The notes under the pieces were generated by a model. That model was given only the letters and a program-made list of their open reading frames with translations. It did no database searches and was not told the DNA's origin. Positions 8,683 through 16,569 of a stretch of DNA of 20,000 nt are shown piece after piece. The translations under genes were made by a program, and so were the position numbers. This DNA is from an uncultured virus (IMG/VR IMGVR_UViG_3300027668_000012) (lineage: Duplodnaviria; Heunggongvirae; Uroviricota; Caudoviricetes), in IMG/VR virus record IMGVR_UViG_3300027668_000012, positions 57,998 to 77,997 of that record; one strand, given 5' to 3'. Positions within the stretch are counted from its first letter, which is position 1. Every line of letters starts with the position of its first letter.

Positions 8683-9343
8683 GCACATTGACATGGATGT
8701 ACTTATAGGTGAACTTGATTGTGAAACTTTACCTACAGGACGAACTTACAGAACACCAGAGGGAAAGAAATATCCATCAGTAACTACTGTGTTAAGTGAA
8801 GAATCTAAAGCTTCTATCATGGCTTGGCGTGCCCGTGTAGGAGCAGAAGAAGCTAATAAGATTTCATATCAAGCATCTACAAGAGGGACAGCGGTTCACC
8901 AGTTGGCAGAAAACTATGTTAATAATATGGAAGATTGGAAAGATGGTGCTACGCAAAATAACATTCATTCATTCAATGAAATCAAGCCAATACTAGACAA
9001 GCATGTAGATAATATCTATGTGCAAGAAGCGTCGTTATATAGTAACAAACTAGAAGTTGCTGGTACAGTAGATTTGATTGCAGAATGGGACGGCGAGTTG
9101 TCTGTTATTGATTATAAAACATCTCGTAAACCAAAGAAAGAGGAGTGGATTCAGAACTACTTTATGCAGGCTTCTTTTTATGCGTGTGCATGGTATGAGT
9201 TAACAGGTATGGTAATTAAACAAAGTGTTATTGTTATTGCAGTAGATCACAATGATCCACAAGTATTTCGTCAACAAACTTACGACTACTTGAAAGATTT
9301 CATTAAAGTCAGGGCAAAATATAAAGAAAAGTATGGTATTTAA
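8675..9343 (+). CDS. PD-(D/E)XK exonuclease (Cas4/lambda-exo-like) of marine T4-like phages
   Basis: YPSVTTVL, RGTAVH...E, E..L, AGTVDLIAE, VIDYKTS, Q...Y. Confidence 0.85.
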   Translation: MFKHIDMDVLIGELDCETLPTGRTYRTPEGKKYPSVTTVLSEESKASIMAWRARVGAEEANKISYQASTRGTAVHQLAENYVNNMEDWKDGATQNNIHSFNEIKPILDKHVDNIYVQEASLYSNKLEVAGTVDLIAEWDGELSVIDYKTSRKPKKEEWIQNYFMQASFYACAWYELTGMVIKQSVIVIAVDHNDPQVFRQQTYDYLKDFIKVRAKYKEKYGI

Positions 9344-9345
9344 GG

Positions 9346-9374
9346 TATACAAGCTGTGTCATATGTGTTATACT
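9346..9374 (+). promoter_or_regulatory. sigma70-like promoter
   Basis: TATACA 9346-9351, 17 bp, TGn-TATACT 9369-9374. Confidence 0.6.
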
Positions 9375-9402
9375 GTCGAAAATATTAACAAGAGGTTATA
9401 TT

Positions 9403-10269
9403 ATGAGTGAAGAAAAATTTAAACTAGGCATAGTCGGTCACGGCTTTGTGGGTAAAGCTGTAGACTACGGATTTACACATCGTGACGTAGAAATGTTTTA
9501 TGTAGATCCGTTATATAATACAAGCATTGATGATCTAGTAGAGTGGCAACCTAACATCACATTTATATGTGCGCCTACACCAATGGACGATACTGGCGTA
9601 GTAAACGCTACTATTGTTGAAGATGCTGTCTTAAAGCTGATACAACATACAAAAAGTGGCATTGCTATTAAGTCTACTGTGACACCTGATGTAATGCAAC
9701 GATTAGCTTTTACAGCATCCCAGCTAGGAGCTGATAGTAGATTTGTGTATAACCCAGAGTTCCTTACAGAAAACAATTCTAAGGCAGAGTTTGTGTCACC
9801 TAAGTTTAATATATTTGGTGGAACATTAGAAGCTATTGATGGATTGTTATGGGCTTACGATGTCTTCTCTATGTGTAATATGGAAAAGGTAGTAAAAATG
9901 AGTCCAGTAGAAGCGGCATTTGCAAAATATGCAATCAACTCTTTCTTAGCGACTAAAGTGACGTTCTTTAATCAGTTGTATGATGCTTCTGAATCTATGA
10001 ACGTTTCATATAAGCGCATACTAAGAGGCATAGAAGCTGATCCTCGTATAGGTGGCTCTCATACCAAAGTGCCTGGATTTGATGGTAAGCGTGGCTTTGG
10101 TGGTGCTTGTTTTCCCAAAGACACTAAGGCATTTAACAAAGCTTTTAATCGCTTCACCCTTCTTGATAATGTCGTCACAATTAATAACGAATATCGTAAA
10201 GAATACAATTTGGACGATAGAGAAAAAGCACAGAATATTAACTATGAAACGAAAGGAAATGATACATGA
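9403..10269 (+). CDS. UDP-glucose/GDP-mannose dehydrogenase family protein (short form)
   Basis: GHGFVG Rossmann motif, ICAPTP, IKSTV, NPEFL, KY..NSFLATKVTFFN, DPRIG, GFGGACFPKD (catalytic Cys). Confidence 0.88.
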   Translation: MSEEKFKLGIVGHGFVGKAVDYGFTHRDVEMFYVDPLYNTSIDDLVEWQPNITFICAPTPMDDTGVVNATIVEDAVLKLIQHTKSGIAIKSTVTPDVMQRLAFTASQLGADSRFVYNPEFLTENNSKAEFVSPKFNIFGGTLEAIDGLLWAYDVFSMCNMEKVVKMSPVEAAFAKYAINSFLATKVTFFNQLYDASESMNVSYKRILRGIEADPRIGGSHTKVPGFDGKRGFGGACFPKDTKAFNKAFNRFTLLDNVVTINNEYRKEYNLDDREKAQNINYETKGNDT

Positions 10270-11321
10270 GTATTATGGACAAGCTAAAGACTAACAGCAG
10301 GATTAAAGCTACAGATGTTCTTGCAGACTCGAAAATATTTAATACAAAAGAGCAAACATCGACTAGTGTTCCTATGGTGAACGTTGCATTATCAGGTGAC
10401 GTAGATGGTGGATTAAATGCTGGATTGACAGTATTAGCAGGACCTTCTAAGCACTTTAAAACTTCATTCGCATTATTAATGGCTGGAGCATATCTTGATA
10501 AACACAAAGACGCAGTAATGTTATTTTATGATTCAGAGTTTGGTTCACCGCAATCTTACTTCGAACAATTTGGTATTGATACTACACGTGTAATGCACAC
10601 GCCTATCATGGACATAGAACAGCTTAAGCACGACATCATGTCACAACTAGAAGGCATAGAAACAAAAGACAATGTGGTTATTGTTATTGACTCTATAGGT
10701 AATATGGCTTCTAAAAAAGAACGAGACGATGCTCTTGACGAAAAATCAGTTGCGGATATGAGTCGTGCAAAGCAGTTAAAGTCTTTGTTCCGTATGTGCA
10801 CACCTTACTTGAAGATAAAAAATATCCCATTATTAGCAGTCAATCACACATATCAAACTCAAGAGATGTTCTCTAAGGCAGTTGTGTCTGGTGGCACTGG
10901 TATATATTACTCTGCTGATAACATATGGATATTAGGCAGACGTCAGAATAAAAAAGGCACAGAGATTGAAGGTTATGACTTTGTGATTAATGTTGAGAAG
11001 TCTCGTTTTGTTAAAGAGAAATCTAAGATACCGATTACTGTGTCGTGGGATGGTGGAGTAGAAAAATATTCTGGTCTATTAGAGGTTGCCCTAGCTGGTA
11101 ATTATGTAGGCAAACCTTCTAATGGATGGTATTGTCGAATTGATCAAGAAACAGGCGTATTAGAAGACCCTAAAGTGCGTGAAAAAGATACACTTAACAC
11201 ACAGTTTTGGAAACCTATATTTGAAAATACAGACTTTAAGGAGTTTATTATGAAACAGTATCAAATTGGGCATAAGTCCTTAGTAGATATGGATGCTATT
11301 ATTGATGGAGATACATCGTGA
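10266..11321 (+). CDS. uvsX: RecA-like recombinase UvsX
   Basis: NVALSG, Walker A AGPSKHFKT, YDSEFG, IDSIGN.ASKKE, DMSRAK.LKSLFR, SGGTG..YSAD. Confidence 0.96.
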   Translation: MSIMDKLKTNSRIKATDVLADSKIFNTKEQTSTSVPMVNVALSGDVDGGLNAGLTVLAGPSKHFKTSFALLMAGAYLDKHKDAVMLFYDSEFGSPQSYFEQFGIDTTRVMHTPIMDIEQLKHDIMSQLEGIETKDNVVIVIDSIGNMASKKERDDALDEKSVADMSRAKQLKSLFRMCTPYLKIKNIPLLAVNHTYQTQEMFSKAVVSGGTGIYYSADNIWILGRRQNKKGTEIEGYDFVINVEKSRFVKEKSKIPITVSWDGGVEKYSGLLEVALAGNYVGKPSNGWYCRIDQETGVLEDPKVREKDTLNTQFWKPIFENTDFKEFIMKQYQIGHKSLVDMDAIIDGDTS

Positions 11322-11581
11322 TAGAATGTTTACTTGTCGGAGGTTTATTCTATATTGCTGGAATAGACCTCTATGAAAAACCTTACATGTTGTCAGTTAA
11401 TAGCATTGTGAAAGTTACTGAACACAGTGAGCAAGCATATTTTAGTTCAGAAAACACATATAAGTTTACAGCGATATACACTGTAAACTCGCCTGAACCA
11501 ATGATAAAAGAAGACGCATCAATGATAAAAGTCCTAGAGAGCTTAGTACGATGTGAAAAATTGCTTGGCGAAGACGTTTGA
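11318..11581 (+). CDS. Hypothetical protein
   Basis: GGAG SD, GTGA overlap with the uvsX stop; no recognised motif. Confidence 0.55.
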   Translation: MIECLLVGGLFYIAGIDLYEKPYMLSVNSIVKVTEHSEQAYFSSENTYKFTAIYTVNSPEPMIKEDASMIKVLESLVRCEKLLGEDV

Positions 11582-11583
11582 GC

Positions 11584-11612
11584 TTTACACCTATTAAGGA
11601 ATATGATATAAT
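11584..11612 (+). promoter_or_regulatory. sigma70-like promoter upstream of gp41
   Basis: TTTACA 11584-11589, 17 bp, TGn-TATAAT 11607-11612. Confidence 0.65.
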
Positions 11613-11925
11613 GAATTTAATTGAAAATGAAGACTACGAACTAATTCCAAAAGATGTAGAAGGATGGGATATACGCATCTTAAAAGGTGATTACGTAGAG
11701 ACTGTAATATCATTCTCTACGCTAAAATTGGATGAAGTGACGGAATCTATTAGGTTTAGTTTTGATATAGTTTCATCACCTAATACAGAATTGACAGTTG
11801 ACAACAATCAATTCAATCGTTATGTAGGCGGAATACTAGGAAATATTTTAGAAATAGGAACGACGAATGATACAAACGGAAGCCATAAACCTAGAGCAAA
11901 CGATACTCAGGAACTTATTAACTAA
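11611..11925 (+). CDS. Hypothetical protein immediately upstream of gp41
   Basis: AAGGA SD 11596-11600 favours ATG 11611; ENEDYELIP...W.IRILKG.Y.ETV pattern. Confidence 0.65.
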   Translation: MNLIENEDYELIPKDVEGWDIRILKGDYVETVISFSTLKLDEVTESIRFSFDIVSSPNTELTVDNNQFNRYVGGILGNILEIGTTNDTNGSHKPRANDTQELIN

Positions 11926-13249
11926 TGAAAAATTCACACGTAAAGTTTTGCCTTTCGTTAAGCCTGAATACTTTCAAGGTGTGTATACGCAGTTGTTCAA
12001 AGAAGTGGGTAAGTTTGTTAATAAATATAATAAGCTCCCACAACTTGAAGAGTTTAAGATTGAACTAGACCAGAACGATCGCTTTGGTGATAACAATTAT
12101 GCTCAAGCTATGGAAATACTACCCCACGTCTTTAAAGCAGAAGATGTTAATCACCAATGGATTTTAGACACCACTGAAAAGTGGTGTCAAGATCGTGCAA
12201 TATATAATGCTATTATGCAATCGTTTACTATAATTGATGGTAAGCATGAGACGTTAAGTAAAAATTCTTTACCTGACATCTTAACTGATGCTTTGGCTGT
12301 ATCATTTGATACTAATGTTGGTCACGACTACATAGAAAATGTAGAAGAACGTTTTGATTTTTATCACTCACAAGAAGAAAGAATACCTTTTGACCTTGAT
12401 TACTTCAATAGAATTACAGGTGGCGGTCTACCAAACAAGACATTAAACATTGCTTTGGCTGGCACAGGTGTTGGTAAATCATTGTTCATGTGTCACGTAG
12501 CGGCTGGTGCTTTGTGTCAAGGCAGAAACGTACTGTATATCACAATGGAAATGGCAGAAGAACGCATAGCCGAACGTATTGATGCAAACTTATTAGATAT
12601 GCCTATTGGTGATCTTGATACATTGACTAAGACTATGTTAAAAGATCGTGTTACTAACATTAGACGTGCTGGTAATGGTAAACTTATAATTAAAGAATAC
12701 CCTACAGGGCAAGCAAACACTTCCCATTTTCGTGCGTTACTAAACGAGTTGAAGTTAAAGAAGAAGTTTGTTCCTGAAATAATCTTTGTTGATTATCTTA
12801 ACATATGTGGCTCTGCACGGATGAAGGCAATGGGTGGATCAATTAACTCATATACATATATCAAAGCCATAGCAGAAGAGATGAGAGGACTTGCAGTTGA
12901 ATTTAACTTACCGATTGTGTCTGCAACGCAGACGACACGTACTGGTCACACTAGCTCAGATCCTGGGCTTGAAGATACGTCCGAGTCTTTTGGATTACCC
13001 GCAACAGCCGACTTAATGTTCGCTCTAGTATCTACAGAAGAACTAGAAGATCAAGGTCAAATTATGGTCAAGCAACTTAAGAATAGATACAACGATCCTA
13101 ATAAAGATAAACGTTTCTTAATCGGTGTAGATAAAAGCAAAATGCGTCTGTATGACGTAGAGTTGGGTACAGAAGGTATCATAGACGATAGACCTGTATT
13201 CGATAAGTCTCAAGTCCAACAAAAGTTTAACGAATTTAAAGTAGGATAA
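11867..13249 (+). CDS. gp41: Replicative DnaB-like helicase (T4 gp41)
   Basis: EQTILRNL, Walker A AGTGVGKS, YITMEMAEE.IAERIDAN, IIKEYPT, VDYLNI, SATQTTR, SESFGLPATAD, KNRY. Confidence 0.96.
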   Translation: MIQTEAINLEQTILRNLLTNEKFTRKVLPFVKPEYFQGVYTQLFKEVGKFVNKYNKLPQLEEFKIELDQNDRFGDNNYAQAMEILPHVFKAEDVNHQWILDTTEKWCQDRAIYNAIMQSFTIIDGKHETLSKNSLPDILTDALAVSFDTNVGHDYIENVEERFDFYHSQEERIPFDLDYFNRITGGGLPNKTLNIALAGTGVGKSLFMCHVAAGALCQGRNVLYITMEMAEERIAERIDANLLDMPIGDLDTLTKTMLKDRVTNIRRAGNGKLIIKEYPTGQANTSHFRALLNELKLKKKFVPEIIFVDYLNICGSARMKAMGGSINSYTYIKAIAEEMRGLAVEFNLPIVSATQTTRTGHTSSDPGLEDTSESFGLPATADLMFALVSTEELEDQGQIMVKQLKNRYNDPNKDKRFLIGVDKSKMRLYDVELGTEGIIDDRPVFDKSQVQQKFNEFKVG

Positions 13250-13253
13250 TACT

Positions 13254-13922
13254 ATGAAAGTAAAACTAATAGCATGTACACAACCTATTAAAGGTGCGAT
13301 TATAGGCATTGATAGTATGCAAGACTTGATTTCGTATTGTGCAAAAGTATCTAATCCTAGCGGACAGATGAATATGGAATCTGCTGACAAGCTTTTAAAT
13401 TATCTTATGAAGCATAAACATTGGTCGCCATTTGAAATGGCGTCAGCTACGATAGAAATAGAAACTACACGTGACATTGCACGCCAGTTACTACGGCATC
13501 GGTCAATGGCGTTTCAAGAGTTTTCACAACGTTATGCTGATCCTCGGAGCATGGAAACCTCATTTGTTGTGCGTGAGGCACGTATGCAAGACCCTAAGAA
13601 TCGTCAAAACTCTATACCGACTGATGATATTGTATTAAAAGCTTGGTGGGATGCTCAACAGAAATTCTTACTTGAACATACCAAACGCATATATAATGAA
13701 GCTATAGAGTATGGTATTGCCAAAGAGCAGGCACGTTGTATCTTACCAGAAGGTAATACAGTGTCACGATTGTATGCAAACGCTTCTATTCGGTCTTGGA
13801 TACATTACATCGAATTACGTTCTGGTAATGGAACACAATTAGAACACATGGAACTTGCACGTGCTATAGCCTATGCAATCAACATACAGTTTCCTATGAT
13901 TAAGGAGTTTGTTAATGACTGA
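13254..13922 (+). CDS. thyX: Flavin-dependent thymidylate synthase
   Basis: HWSPFE, RHRSMAFQEFSQRY (RHRx7S), G.AKEQAR..LP, ELRS...TQ.EH. Confidence 0.95.
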   Translation: MKVKLIACTQPIKGAIIGIDSMQDLISYCAKVSNPSGQMNMESADKLLNYLMKHKHWSPFEMASATIEIETTRDIARQLLRHRSMAFQEFSQRYADPRSMETSFVVREARMQDPKNRQNSIPTDDIVLKAWWDAQQKFLLEHTKRIYNEAIEYGIAKEQARCILPEGNTVSRLYANASIRSWIHYIELRSGNGTQLEHMELARAIAYAINIQFPMIKEFVND

Positions 13923-14586
13923 GATCAATCTACGCAATAAAGCCTTGTTAAGTACACTAGATGGTTTTATTGATGAGTTCTTTCATACAAAAGGATACGA
14001 TAATCCTGAACATGTGATTTCTGCAAAAAAAATTAGAACAGATCACATGCACCCTTGTAGCCGAGATTACTTAGAAGTAATGTTAGAAAATCAAGAATAC
14101 CATGAAGGATTTCCTGAAACACACATGGCTCAACCTATGTCTAGTATGGTGGCAAACGATCATATATGGAGTGCTTTTAGAGACAAAGTAAGGTATGACT
14201 TTGCCAAAACTATTGGTGCGCAACATAATGCTTTAATAAACTACTATCCGCCTATGGGTCACGTAGGTTGGCACACTAATTGGAATGCCAATTGCTATCA
14301 AGTATTGTTTACATGGTCAAAAAATGGTGATGGTTACTTTAGGTATTATGATCAAAGTCAAGATAAGATTATAACTGTACAAGATAAACCTGGTTGGCAA
14401 GCTAGGCACTATTATTTTGGACGTAAAGATGAGCCAGAGCATCATTGTTGGCACTCTGCATGGGCTGGATGTGATCGTATTACATTGGCATATAAGTTTA
14501 TTAATGGTAGCAAAATCAATTATCTTGATGAGACTGCAAGATTGTTGAGAGATCATTTAATAGAAGAAATGGAATCTGAGGAATAA
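13915..14586 (+). CDS. Putative 2OG-Fe(II) oxygenase/double-stranded beta-helix protein
   Basis: TAAGGAG SD then ATG 13915; NYYPPMGHVGWHTN ... CWH ... DRITLAY layout resembles Y...HxD...H...R of 2OG oxygenases, with N in place of D. Confidence 0.55.
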   Translation: MTEINLRNKALLSTLDGFIDEFFHTKGYDNPEHVISAKKIRTDHMHPCSRDYLEVMLENQEYHEGFPETHMAQPMSSMVANDHIWSAFRDKVRYDFAKTIGAQHNALINYYPPMGHVGWHTNWNANCYQVLFTWSKNGDGYFRYYDQSQDKIITVQDKPGWQARHYYFGRKDEPEHHCWHSAWAGCDRITLAYKFINGSKINYLDETARLLRDHLIEEMESEE

Positions 14587-14589
14587 ATA

Positions 14590-14808
14590 ATGGGTAAATT
14601 ACTTTCTACATTCGTTAGTACCGAAGGCAGCATTTTAAATGGACAGTATTGTGAAATACACGCCAATATAAAAGAAGAGTATTTCTATATCAAATGGTTT
14701 ACACCAGATAAGAATGAATTTTATAGACTAGAGTTTCTTGGTAAGTCTTTACATGACGTTGAAGAACATGCAAACAATTGGCTGGTTGCCTCAGAGGTTC
14801 TATCATAA
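14590..14808 (+). CDS. Hypothetical protein
   Basis: GAGG SD; 72 aa; TAATG-coupled to next ORF. Confidence 0.65.
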   Translation: MGKLLSTFVSTEGSILNGQYCEIHANIKEEYFYIKWFTPDKNEFYRLEFLGKSLHDVEEHANNWLVASEVLS

Positions 14809-15029
14809 TGTTTACTGTTGATATGGTAGATGATGAGTCTCGCATAACATTGCTAGATGAGACTGGGGAGTTAGATGACGTTATAGTCAATATCTATGAT
14901 GATTATTGTCACATAATACAGCACGATGATACCACTGGTAGGACTGATGTTATTACTATGACATCACTACAGTATTGGGAGCTTATGCATGCTTGGAATA
15001 AATCGACTGGTGCATACAAAACTACCTAA
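14808..15029 (+). CDS. Conserved-type phage hypothetical protein (MFTVDM...)
   Basis: GAGG SD 14795-14798, ATG 14808 overlapping the upstream stop. Confidence 0.65.
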   Translation: MFTVDMVDDESRITLLDETGELDDVIVNIYDDYCHIIQHDDTTGRTDVITMTSLQYWELMHAWNKSTGAYKTT

Positions 15030-15038
15030 AAATAAGTG

Positions 15039-15093
15039 TTGACAAACTCTTTCAAATCGTTTAATTATAATGTATAAGTTAAACAGAAAGAGA
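15039..15093 (+). promoter_or_regulatory. Repeated early-type promoter/leader unit, copy 1
   Basis: TTGACA-17-TAATTA, then GTATA 33 nt after the -35 start and AGAAAGAGA leader. Confidence 0.65.
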
Positions 15094-15097
15094 ACCA

Positions 15098-15322
15098 ATG
15101 CTAGTTCAAACCACAATGACTGAAAACAACAAAATGTGTTACAGCCTTGAAGCGCGTGGCACTAAGTATGAAGTTGTTAATGATCGTGACGGCTTCTATG
15201 CTGTTTGGTCTAAGCGTAATAGCTTGACAAATACTCAGCTAGTTCTTATGACTTTGAAAGAAATGAAGTCACGTTCTAAAGCTCTTAATCACTTAGCAAC
15301 TCTTATCGAAATGGAGGTATGA
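15098..15322 (+). CDS. Small hypothetical (early-type) protein
   Basis: 74-aa ORF directly after the promoter/leader. Confidence 0.7.
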   Translation: MLVQTTMTENNKMCYSLEARGTKYEVVNDRDGFYAVWSKRNSLTNTQLVLMTLKEMKSRSKALNHLATLIEMEV

Positions 15323-15323
15323 T

Positions 15324-15494
15324 ATGTATGACGATAACTTATTTTCAGATTTTCACAAAGAAGTCTATGGCTTCCGCCCTCGTGGTGTAATCATGGATAA
15401 CTGGAACTCAATGGCACCTGCTGAAAAGCAAGTTCGTTGGGATCAGCTTTGCGAAGAAATGCATGAAGAAGAAACAAGGAGATTGAAATGCTAG
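15324..15494 (+). CDS. Small phage hypothetical protein (56 aa), missed by ORF track
   Basis: GGAGG SD 15313-15317; MYDDNLFSDFHKEVYGFRPRG...; the SDxHKxxYGFRPR motif recurs in phage hypotheticals. Confidence 0.75.
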   Translation: MYDDNLFSDFHKEVYGFRPRGVIMDNWNSMAPAEKQVRWDQLCEEMHEEETRRLKC

Positions 15495-15655
15495 AACAGT
15501 ATGAAAATGAAATCAAAAAGTTAGAAAAATATCTAACTACGTTCTATGGTAACACTTCATCAGTAAGAATGAAGAAGTACGCAATTGAGAAGAAGATTGC
15601 CAAATACCAAGACATCGTTGATGAAATGAAGTTAATACTTGCAATGGACAAATAA
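15488..15655 (+). CDS. Small coiled-coil hypothetical protein (55 aa), missed by ORF track
   Basis: AAGGAGA SD; MLEQYENEIKKLEKYLTTFYGNTSSVRMKKYAIEKKIAKYQDIVDEMKLILAMDK*. Confidence 0.7.
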   Translation: MLEQYENEIKKLEKYLTTFYGNTSSVRMKKYAIEKKIAKYQDIVDEMKLILAMDK

Positions 15656-15656
15656 A

Positions 15657-15896
15657 ATGAAAAACGCATACATGAATGACATCGACATCCAAGCATTAGC
15701 CGAAGCGGCTTTGACATCTTACGAAGCAACAGCATCTTGGAAGCGAGCATTTGATGCCGCTGTTGAGTTTGCCGCTGACGAATGGGAAATCAAAGCAACA
15801 CAATCTCAAGCGGCAACAGCCGTACGCATCGCGCAAACAGGTTGGCAGGGAATTAGACAAAGCGTCAAAAAAGTAATTTATCATCCTCAATATTAA
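15657..15896 (+). CDS. Ala-rich hypothetical protein
   Basis: ATG 1 nt after the previous stop; MKNAYMNDIDIQALAEAAL... Confidence 0.7.
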   Translation: MKNAYMNDIDIQALAEAALTSYEATASWKRAFDAAVEFAADEWEIKATQSQAATAVRIAQTGWQGIRQSVKKVIYHPQY

Positions 15897-15919
15897 TTTA
15901 AATTATTTTCATTTAGGGC

Positions 15920-15975
15920 TTGACAACCCCGAATCGGTGTGCTATTAAAATAGTATAGAAACAAAGAAAGTGAGA
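15920..15975 (+). promoter_or_regulatory. Repeated early-type promoter/leader unit, copy 2
   Basis: TTGACA-17-TATTAA with CGAATCG in the spacer; leader GTATAGAAACAAAGAAAGTGAGA. Confidence 0.75.
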
Positions 15976-15982
15976 CTTGCAC

Positions 15983-16372
15983 ATGACATATGAAGAACAA
16001 AGCGAATACTTCGGTTTCCACCAAGATGCTCTGAACTACAACTCAATCTGGTCTTGTGACACCGAGTTCACTAGCCTTGATCAAGTGATGTATGAAGGTG
16101 AGTGGGAAGGTACTGCCTGTAAGGGTGACAGTCAACAGAAGATCACTTATGAAGTTATTTCTAAAGATGCTACAGTTGAGCAGATGATGAACAACACTCA
16201 AGAGAAGATCGTCTACAAAGCCTATGTCATAGGTAATACTGTCAAAGAGTTTTGGAAAGCCGCCGAATACTTGATCACACAGTCTGCTATTGAGCAAGAC
16301 AACCACCACAAATATGTGGAAGGTTTCGATAGACAAGCAGACGGCTCATTTGAATTAGTAACAGGATCTTAA
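15983..16372 (+). CDS. Acidic hypothetical protein
   Basis: ATG 15983 follows the repeated leader; ends HH.YVEGF...FELVTGS. Confidence 0.7.
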   Translation: MTYEEQSEYFGFHQDALNYNSIWSCDTEFTSLDQVMYEGEWEGTACKGDSQQKITYEVISKDATVEQMMNNTQEKIVYKAYVIGNTVKEFWKAAEYLITQSAIEQDNHHKYVEGFDRQADGSFELVTGS

Positions 16373-16373
16373 T

Positions 16374-16547
16374 ATGTTAGATTTTTTTCCTTCCGCCTAC
16401 GAACTTCCATCAGCTAGTGAGTGTAAAGATTACGCTCATTACTGCCAGACCAGAACTGCTGTTGGTCTTGGTGTTATGCCAAAAGATTTATTTATTGAAA
16501 TAAAAGGGTTGACAAACCAATCCGAATCAAATATAAAGATGGTATAG
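16374..16547 (+). CDS. Small hypothetical protein (57 aa), missed by ORF track
   Basis: AGGA SD; MLDFFPSAYELPSASECKDYAHYCQTRTAVGLGVMPKDLF...; runs through the copy-3 promoter. Confidence 0.55.
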   Translation: MLDFFPSAYELPSASECKDYAHYCQTRTAVGLGVMPKDLFIEIKGLTNQSESNIKMV

Positions 16548-16564
16548 AAACAAAGAAAGCGAGA
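16509..16564 (+). promoter_or_regulatory. Repeated early-type promoter/leader unit, copy 3
   Basis: TTGACA-17-TATAAA with CGAATCA in the spacer; leader GTATAGAAACAAAGAAAGCGAGA (22/23 identical to copy 2). Confidence 0.75.
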
Positions 16565-16569
16565 ATCAC

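Noticed and set aside
8675..9343. Cas4-like nuclease as a sign of a CRISPR system
   Set aside because: No repeat-spacer array or other cas genes, and no four-Cys Fe-S pattern; it is the usual stand-alone phage exonuclease
4468..13249. Possible inteins, introns or a split gene in gp43, uvsX or gp41
   Set aside because: All are continuous with ordinary lengths; no intein termini or homing endonuclease motifs seen
14747..14780. CTTTACA as another promoter
   Set aside because: No -10 hexamer at 17-bp spacing; lies inside a CDS
470..14890. Short alternative-frame or antisense ORFs in the track (470, 1257, 1619, 1653, 2882, 4562, 4790, 6383, 9498, 10052, 10238, 10556, 12517, 13118, 14317, 14699)
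   Set aside because: They lie within or across well-supported genes, with no recognisable motifs; shadow ORFs
15039..16564. Repeats as a CRISPR array or att sites
   Set aside because: Spacing is 600-900 bp with genes between; the repeats are promoter/leader elements
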